A stretch of DNA of 64,000 nucleotides from Sedimenticola sp. (GTDB lineage Bacteria > Pseudomonadota > Gammaproteobacteria > Chromatiales > Chromatiaceae), in the NCBI GenBank assembly GCA_027024025.1, contig JALVTT010000157.1, positions 128 through 64,127 on the forward strand, written 5' to 3'. The notes below the pieces were generated by a model, which was not told where the DNA came from, did not search any database, and saw only the letters and a list, made by a program, of their open reading frames with translations. The translations under genes were made by a program, and so were the position numbers. Of this stretch, positions 58,285-64,000 are shown in pieces; the first letter of the stretch is position 1; every line of letters begins with the position of its first letter.

Positions 58285-58475
58285 AGCGCGGTGACGCAGG
58301 CACCGCACCGCCATCCCGATCCGTGCCATCCCCGGTGCGGTTCGTGACCTCACCACACCCTACCCCCGACCCGTAGGGTGCGGTGACGAAGGAACCGCAC
58401 CAGAACCCCGGCCCGGTGCCACCCCGATGCGGTGACGAAGGAACCGCACCACCATCCCGATCCGCACCATCACCC
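58285..58475. repeat. Array of about 4 units (about 47 bp each) of hairpin-containing REP-like repeats
   Basis: The units start GCGGTGACG(C/A)AGG(C/A)ACCGCACC, and each can form a GTGCGGT/ACCGCAC stem. One unit is inverted or degenerate (58334-58376). The array lies between convergent genes. Confidence 0.7.
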
Positions 58476-58520
58476 GGCCCGGCGCCGCCCCTGCCGCGGG
58501 GGCGCTTGAAAGGAGATCCC

Positions 58521-59192
58521 TCAGACCACCAGCCGCGAGAGCTGCAGCAGACCGAACAGGATGATCAGGCCGCCGGCCAGGCGGCGCACCCAGGGACGGC
58601 GCGCCAGGCCCTGCAGCTGCGTGGCGGCGGCGCCCATGGCCAGCAGATTGGGCAGGGTGCCGAGGCCGAAGGCCAGCATCAGCAAGGCCCCCTGCCCGGC
58701 GCCGCCGGCGGAGACCGACCAGATCAGCACGCTGTACACCAGCCCGCAGGGCAGCCAGCCCCAGAGCGCGCCCAGCAGCAGGGCCTGGCCGGGACGGCGC
58801 GCCGGCAGCAGGCCCCGGCCCAGCGGCTCGATGCGTTTCCACAGCCGCCCGCCCGCCTGCTCCACGCGCAGCAGCAGGTTCCACCAGCCGCCCAGGTACA
58901 GGCCCAGCAGGATCATGAACACACCGGCCAGCGCGAGCAGCGCCTGCTGCGCATGCCGCACCGGCAACAATCCGGAGAAGAAGAACCCCAGCCCCCCGGC
59001 GACGGCCCCGGCGGCGGTGTAGCTGGCGATCCGGCCCAGGTTGTAGGCCAGCAGCATGCCCCAGCGCCCGCGCCGCACCTCGCCCGGCATGCCCAGGGAG
59101 ATGGCGCCCACGATGCCGCCGCACATGCCGACGCAGTGCACGCCGCCGAGCAGGCCGACCACCAGGGCGCTGAGCGGATTGATGTCAATCAC
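58521..59192 (-). CDS. DsbD_2/TauE-like integral membrane protein
   Basis: About 6 transmembrane segments and the N-terminal motif GGVHCVGMCGG. Confidence 0.6.
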   Translation of the reverse strand: MIDINPLSALVVGLLGGVHCVGMCGGIVGAISLGMPGEVRRGRWGMLLAYNLGRIASYTAAGAVAGGLGFFFSGLLPVRHAQQALLALAGVFMILLGLYLGGWWNLLLRVEQAGGRLWKRIEPLGRGLLPARRPGQALLLGALWGWLPCGLVYSVLIWSVSAGGAGQGALLMLAFGLGTLPNLLAMGAAATQLQGLARRPWVRRLAGGLIILFGLLQLSRLVV

Positions 59193-60540
59193 GCGCCGGC
59201 CCCTCCACCTCGGTATAGCGCCAGGCGGCCAGGATCAGGGCCAGCACCGGCACCCCCATCAGGGTGGTGATGACGAAGAACCACGGATAGCCGAAGTGAT
59301 CCACCATCACCCCGGAGAAACCGCCCAGGAACTTGGGCAGCAGCAGCATCACCGAGCTGAACAGGGCGTACTGGGTGGCCGAGTAGGAGACATTGGTCAG
59401 GCCCGACAGGTAGGCCACGAAGGCCGCCACCGCCACCCCGCCGCTGAGATTGTCCATGCCGACCACCGCCACCAGCATCCAGAAGTCGTGCCCGTGCTCG
59501 GCCAGCAGGGCGAACAGCAGGTTGGTGACCGAGGCCAGCGCCCCGCCCAGGAACAGGATGGGCATCACCCCGAAGCGGTACACGGCCATGCCGCCGACGA
59601 AGCTGCCGAGGATGGTCATGTAGATGCCGAAGCCCTTGGACACCAGGGCGATCTCGTCCTTGCTGAACCCCATGTCGCGGTAGAACACATTGGCGATGGC
59701 GCCGAGCACGATGTCCGACATGCGATAACTGGCGATCAGTCCCAGCACCAGCAGGGCCAGCCAGCCGTGGCGACGGAAGAAATCGGCGAAGGGCTGCACC
59801 ACCGCGTCCACGAACCAGTGGCGCAGGCGCGTCCAGGGGTCGGCGGCGCGCAGGCCGGGGTCGCGCGCCACCGGGTCGTCCACCGCCGGTTCGGGCGCGA
59901 ACAGGGTGGTGAGCAGACCCACCCCCATGAGCGCGGCCATGATGGCATAGGTGACCGCCCAGGGCAGTTGCTGATAGCTGGCCTCGTCGGGGTCGAAGCG
60001 GGCCGCGATCCACAACGCCCCGGCCGAGGCCACGAACATGGCGATGCGGTAGCCGGTGGTGTAAAAGGCGGCCATCACGCCCTGCAGGCGCTTTTCGGCG
60101 ATCTCGATGCGATAGGCGTCGATCGCCACGTCCTGGGTGGCCGAGGCGAAGGCCACCAGCAGGGCCAGCCATACCAGGTGCGGCAGATGGCGCGCCGGAT
60201 CGCTGACCGCCATGCCCAGCAGGCCGGCGGCGATCGCCAGCTGGGTCAGCAGCAGCCAGGCGCGGCGCCGGCCGAAGACCCGGGTCAGCAGCGGCAGGGG
60301 CATGCGGTCGACCAGCGGCGACCACACGAACTTGAAGGCATAGGCCAGGGCCACCCAGCTGATGAAGCCGATGGTCGAGCGGTCCACCCCCGCCTCACGC
60401 AGCCAGAACGACAGGGTGCCGAACACCAGCAGCAGCGGCAGACCGGAAGAGAAGCCCAGCAGGCCGATGCGCAGCACCCGCCAGTCGCGCAGATGCGCCA
60501 GGGTGTCGCGCCAGGAGCGTACCGCGATCTCAGAGTTCAA
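59185..60540 (-). CDS. ampG: AmpG-family muropeptide/MFS permease
   Basis: N-terminal LLGFSSGLPLLLVFGTLSFWL and FKFVWSPLVDR, which are typical of AmpG. About 12-14 transmembrane segments. Confidence 0.8.
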   Translation of the reverse strand: MNSEIAVRSWRDTLAHLRDWRVLRIGLLGFSSGLPLLLVFGTLSFWLREAGVDRSTIGFISWVALAYAFKFVWSPLVDRMPLPLLTRVFGRRRAWLLLTQLAIAAGLLGMAVSDPARHLPHLVWLALLVAFASATQDVAIDAYRIEIAEKRLQGVMAAFYTTGYRIAMFVASAGALWIAARFDPDEASYQQLPWAVTYAIMAALMGVGLLTTLFAPEPAVDDPVARDPGLRAADPWTRLRHWFVDAVVQPFADFFRRHGWLALLVLGLIASYRMSDIVLGAIANVFYRDMGFSKDEIALVSKGFGIYMTILGSFVGGMAVYRFGVMPILFLGGALASVTNLLFALLAEHGHDFWMLVAVVGMDNLSGGVAVAAFVAYLSGLTNVSYSATQYALFSSVMLLLPKFLGGFSGVMVDHFGYPWFFVITTLMGVPVLALILAAWRYTEVEGPARD

Positions 60541-61312
60541 GGTCGTAGTCCATGATCAGGGGGGCGTGGTCGGAGAAGCGCTTGGCCTTGTAGATGCGGG
60601 CCGCGCGCACCGTGCGCGCGATCGCCGGGGTGACCACCTGGTAGTCGATACGCCAGCCCACGTTCTTCTCCCAGGCGCGTCCGCGGTTGGACCACCAGGT
60701 GTACTGGTCCGCCTCCTGGTTCACGACCCGAAAGGCGTCCACGAAGCCCGCCGGGCCGAACAGCGCGTCCATCCAGGCGCGTTCCTCGGGCAGAAAGCCG
60801 GAATTCTTCTGGTTGCCGCGCCAGTTCTTCAGGTCCTCCTTCTTGTGCGCGATGTTCCAGTCACCGCAGATGACCATCTCGTCGCCCGCCTCGCGGCGGG
60901 CCACCAGATAGGGCAGCAGGCGATCCATGACCTCGAACTTGACCTGCTGGCGCGCCTCGCTGGAGGAACCGGAGGGCAGATAGAGCGAGACGAAGCACAG
61001 GCGGCCATAGCGGGCCTCGATCCAGCGACCCTCGCGGTCGAAGTCCTCCCAGCCGATGCCCTCGAGCACCGCGTCCGGCTCGCGCCGGCAGTAGATCCCC
61101 ACGCCGCTGTAGCCCTTCTTCTCCGCCGGGTGGTAATAGCAGTTGAAGCTGGGCGGCCAGAAGATCGAATCGGTCAGTTGATCGACCTGGGCCTTGAGTT
61201 CCTGCAGGCACACGATGTCGGCCTTCTGCCGCCGCAGCCAGTGGAAGAAGCCCTTGCGGGCCGCGGAACGGATGCCGTTCAGATTTGCCGTGATGATGCG
61301 CATCCGCCGCAT
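60530..61312 (-). CDS. xthA: Exodeoxyribonuclease III
   Basis: Contains ITANLNGIR, CLQELK, GDWNIAH and SDHAPL motifs. Confidence 0.9.
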   Translation of the reverse strand: MRRMRIITANLNGIRSAARKGFFHWLRRQKADIVCLQELKAQVDQLTDSIFWPPSFNCYYHPAEKKGYSGVGIYCRREPDAVLEGIGWEDFDREGRWIEARYGRLCFVSLYLPSGSSSEARQQVKFEVMDRLLPYLVARREAGDEMVICGDWNIAHKKEDLKNWRGNQKNSGFLPEERAWMDALFGPAGFVDAFRVVNQEADQYTWWSNRGRAWEKNVGWRIDYQVVTPAIARTVRAARIYKAKRFSDHAPLIMDYDLEL

Positions 61313-61370
61313 TATACTGGCCTCAGGACCACATCATTAAACGACACATCGTTGGCAGTGCAGGTCGGCA

Positions 61371-61451
61371 GGGGGTTCCGAAAACGTCGGCGGCAGGGAT
61401 GCCGCCGTCGAGCGTACAGGGATGTAATCACAGCGTTTTTCGGGACCCCCC
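61371..61451. repeat. Dispersed palindromic element, copy B (long form)
   Basis: GGGGTTCCGAAAACG...CGTTTTTCGGGACCCC forms the outer stem, and there is an inner perfect hairpin CGGCGGCA-GGGA-TGCCGCCG. Related to the element at 23475-23529. Confidence 0.7.
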
Positions 61452-61518
61452 TGTCGGCGTGCGGCGTTTTGGATGACGTCGCCCTGATACCGCCCCCCTT
61501 CCATCAGCGAGGTATGTC

Positions 61519-62157
61519 ATGCAGGATTATCAGCGCGAATTTCTGGACTTTGCCCTGCAAGCGGGCGTGCTGCGCTTCGGCGAGTTCACCCTCAAATCGG
61601 GCCGGATCAGCCCCTACTTCTTCAACGCGGGGCTGTTCAACACCGGCTCGGCCCTGTCGCGCCTCGGACGCGCCTACGCGCGCGCCATCGTGGACTCGGG
61701 CATCGCCTTCGACGTGCTCTACGGCCCGGCCTACAAGGGCATCCCGCTCGCGGCGGTGACCGCGGCGGCGCTCTACGAACAACACGGCATCGACATCCCC
61801 TACGCCTTCAACCGCAAGGAGGCCAAGGACCACGGCGAGGGCGGCAGCATCGTCGGTCACCCGCTGCAGGGGCGTATCCTGATCATCGACGACGTGATCA
61901 CCGCCGGCACCGCCATCCGCGAATCCATGGACATCATCCAGGCCCAGGGCGCGCGGCCCGCCGGGGTGGTGATCGCGCTCGACCGCCAGGAAAAGGGCCG
62001 GGGCGAGCGCTCCGCCATCCAGGAGGTCGAGGCCGATTACGGCATCCCGGTGGCCGCCATCGTGCGCCTGGAGCACCTGATCGGCTACCTGGAGAACACC
62101 GGAGACGCCGAGGCCCTGGAACGGGTGCGCGCCTATCGCGCCGAATACGGCATCTGA
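61519..62157 (+). CDS. pyrE: Orotate phosphoribosyltransferase
   Basis: Contains [17 protein letters not shown] and the PRPP loop [13 protein letters not shown]. Confidence 0.95.
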   Translation: MQDYQREFLDFALQAGVLRFGEFTLKSGRISPYFFNAGLFNTGSALSRLGRAYARAIVDSGIAFDVLYGPAYKGIPLAAVTAAALYEQHGIDIPYAFNRKEAKDHGEGGSIVGHPLQGRILIIDDVITAGTAIRESMDIIQAQGARPAGVVIALDRQEKGRGERSAIQEVEADYGIPVAAIVRLEHLIGYLENTGDAEALERVRAYRAEYGI

Positions 62158-62195
62158 AATGGCCGGGTGAGTCACCGCATAGAGGGAAACAAGCT

Positions 62196-62303
62196 GGGGA
62201 AGATCTGAAAAATTCGGATCTTCCTCCGGCACAAGGATGTGCCGGCAAAATCGATCGCTGTAAGCGATTGATTTTGGAGCAAGCCGCAAACCGCGTTTGC
62301 GGC
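62196..62303. other. Four consecutive stem-loops between convergent pyrE and the tauE-like gene
   Basis: H1 is GGAAGATC/GATCTTCC. H2 is CCGGCACA-AGGA-TGTGCCGG (perfect). H3 is AAAATCGATCGC-TGTAA-GCGATTGATTTT (terminator-like). H4 is GCCGCAAA-CCGCG-TTTGCGGC (perfect). Confidence 0.6.
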
Positions 62304-62349
62304 GCAGCGGGCCCAGACAAAGCCAGGGATGGCTTTTATCGGGGCTTCC

Positions 62350-63096
62350 CTAGCCAAGGATCAGTTTGACCCCCACCAGCACCGTCACGATCTCGAACAC
62401 CCGCTTGATCCAGCGGTTGCCCTGGCGGATCGCAAGGTGGGCCCCGAGATAACCGCCCAGCAGCGAACCGGCCAGCAGGGCGGGCAGCCAGTCCCAGCGG
62501 ATATGGCCCAGCAGGCCCAGGGTCAGGGCCCCGCTGCCGTTCCAGAACACCCCGACCAGCACCAGGGTGTAGGCCACCGCGGTCTTGTAGTCGGCGCCGA
62601 ACCAGCGCACCAGCCACAGGGTCACGAACAGCCCGGTGCCGGAGGTCAGCGAGCCGTTGAGCGCGCCGATCAGGAACAGCACCAGACCGCCGAACCAGAG
62701 CCCGCCGCCCCGCTGGTGGCGCAGCCGCCGGGACTGTCCCAGATCCTTGCGCAGAAAGGAGTACACCCCCAGACCCAGGGTCAGCAGGCCCAGCGCGATC
62801 TCGGCCCGGCGTCCGGGGATGTGCAGGATCAGCGAGGCGCCCAGCACCACCCCGGGCAGGCCGGTCGCCAGGATGAACAGCACGAAGCGCCGCTCCAGCC
62901 CGCCCTCGCGCAGATGCCGCACCGTGGCGCCGACTCCGAGCGCCACCGAGGCCACCTTGTGGGTGGCCAGGGCGACGCCGAAAGGCAGGCCGAGAAAGAT
63001 CAGGATGGGCAGCTGCAACAGCCCCGCCCCACCCCCGGCAAAGGCCGAGAAGGTGTTGGCCAGCAGCGACACGACAAAGAGAATGGCCTGGTCCAC
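62350..63096 (-). CDS. TauE/SafE-family anion exporter membrane protein
   Basis: 248 aa with about 7-8 transmembrane segments and the motif FAGGGAGLLQLPIL. Confidence 0.7.
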   Translation of the reverse strand: MDQAILFVVSLLANTFSAFAGGGAGLLQLPILIFLGLPFGVALATHKVASVALGVGATVRHLREGGLERRFVLFILATGLPGVVLGASLILHIPGRRAEIALGLLTLGLGVYSFLRKDLGQSRRLRHQRGGGLWFGGLVLFLIGALNGSLTSGTGLFVTLWLVRWFGADYKTAVAYTLVLVGVFWNGSGALTLGLLGHIRWDWLPALLAGSLLGGYLGAHLAIRQGNRWIKRVFEIVTVLVGVKLILG

Positions 63097-63186
63097 AAGG
63101 GCCTCAAGTGCGAACGGTTGCGGCCGATTATACGGTCTAATCTGCTAAGCTGACGGGGTTGACCCAAGACAAGCCTCATCGAGACC

Positions 63187-64000
63187 ATGTCCAGGACCGC
63201 AAGACACCTGATACTCATCTCCCTGCTGATCGGCCTGCCGGCCCAGGCCGGCACCATCAAGAAGTGGATCGATGCCGACGGCGTGGTGCACTATGGCACC
63301 AGCATCCCGCCCGAGTATGTGAACAAGGGCTATACCGAACTCAACCAGCGCGGCATCGAGACCCGCCGCATGGAACGGGCCAAGACCCCGGAGGAGATCG
63401 CCCGCGAGCGCGAGCTCGAGGAACTGCGCAAGGCCCAGCAGCAGGCCATCGCCGAGCAGCGGGCCAAGGACCGCATCCTGCTCAACATGTTCCGCAACGA
63501 GGACGATCTGATCATGGCGCGCGACGGCAAGCTGGCGCAGGTCGATGCCCAGATCAAGCTCAAGCAGGCCCATATCGAACGCCTGAAAGAACGCCTGAGC
63601 CGTTGGCAGGCGGCCGCCGCGGCGCGCGAGCGCAAGGGCAGAAAGCCCACCCCCAAGCAGATCGAGAACCTCGAGAACCTGCAGAAGCAGCTAGAGAACG
63701 CCTATGCCGCCATCGTCGAGAAGGAGGCCGACAAGCGCCGCATCAGCCTGCTTTACGAACGCGAGATGAAGCGCTTCCGGCAACTCAGGAATGGCTTCCG
63801 CGCCAACAGCGCCCATGACATCGAGCCGCCGCGCAGGGAGCCCCGCATCATCCCGGTGCCCGGCGCCTATGTGTGTCTGGACCGCGCGCAGTGCGACCTC
63901 AAATGGCCCCAGGCCATGGCCTGGGTGCGCAAGCATTCCGATACCCCCGTGGAGGTGGTCGGCGAGCGCATTCTGGTGACCCGCGCGCCGAAGAATCCCA
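63187..64000 (+). CDS. DUF4124-domain secreted coiled-coil protein, 3'-truncated by the window edge
   Basis: This frame is open from ATG 63187 to the window end, so it is absent from the ORF track. It has the signal peptide MSRTARHLILISLLIGLPAQA, then KKWIDADGVVHYGTSIPPEY. I translated it by hand and found no stop codons. Confidence 0.7.
   Translation, partial: MSRTARHLILISLLIGLPAQAGTIKKWIDADGVVHYGTSIPPEYVNKGYTELNQRGIETRRMERAKTPEEIARERELEELRKAQQQAIAEQRAKDRILLNMFRNEDDLIMARDGKLAQVDAQIKLKQAHIERLKERLSRWQAAAAARERKGRKPTPKQIENLENLQKQLENAYAAIVEKEADKRRISLLYEREMKRFRQLRNGFRANSAHDIEPPRREPRIIPVPGAYVCLDRAQCDLKWPQAMAWVRKHSDTPVEVVGERILVTRAPKNP

Noticed and set aside
58285-58475. Repeat array considered as a CRISPR array
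   Set aside because: There are only about 4 units, of variable sequence, and one is inverted. The units abut one another with no unique spacers of regular length. No cas genes or leader are present.
63159-63818. The 219-aa plus-strand ORF listed in the ORF track
   Set aside because: Its translation is Arg/Pro/Gly/His-rich and lacks features. The overlapping frame from ATG 63187 gives a signal peptide, a DUF4124 motif and a coiled coil, and it remains open to the window end, which is why the ORF track omits it.

Overview
This is a high-GC gammaproteobacterial chromosome segment. The gene content (sulfur-globule-like protein, c-type cytochrome, rpe-gph, glnK-amtB) suggests a sulfur-oxidising Chromatiales-type host, but that is inference only. 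Positions 1-33.9 kb and 57.6-64 kb are ordinary core genome: lptD-surA-pdxA, apaGH, crp, trpEGDC, rpe-gph, a FIST/GGDEF-EAL pair, argS, priA, an ECF-sigma operon, a porin-glnK-amtB operon with a sigma54/NtrC promoter, ubiK, ampG, xthA and pyrE. Several families of REP-like palindromic repeats sit in the intergenic regions. The main feature is a 23.7-kb Tn7-like transposon (33873..57593) inserted in comM. It has TGT...ACA termini, a 5-bp GCAGC target-site duplication and a tnsA-tnsB-tnsC-tniQ operon at the right end. Its lower-GC cargo is a compact defence island with three parts. (1) At the left end, an uncharacterised 582-aa protein (possibly TnsE-like) is translationally coupled to a secreted SNase-type thermonuclease. 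(2) A UvrD-type helicase fused to a Cas4/AddB-like Fe-S nuclease is coupled to a Type III Mod/Res pair. (3) A DUF1156/COG1743 Zn-ribbon methyltransferase, a large Cas4-like nuclease and a Upf1/Dna2-like SF1B helicase form a module. This module is fused without intergenic space to the transposition operon through a Cys-rich Zn-ribbon protein, and its nuclease gene is split by a frameshift in a G10 tract. I consider module (3) and its coupling to the tns genes the best candidate for an undescribed system. All functional calls come from motif recognition by eye. No database search was possible.
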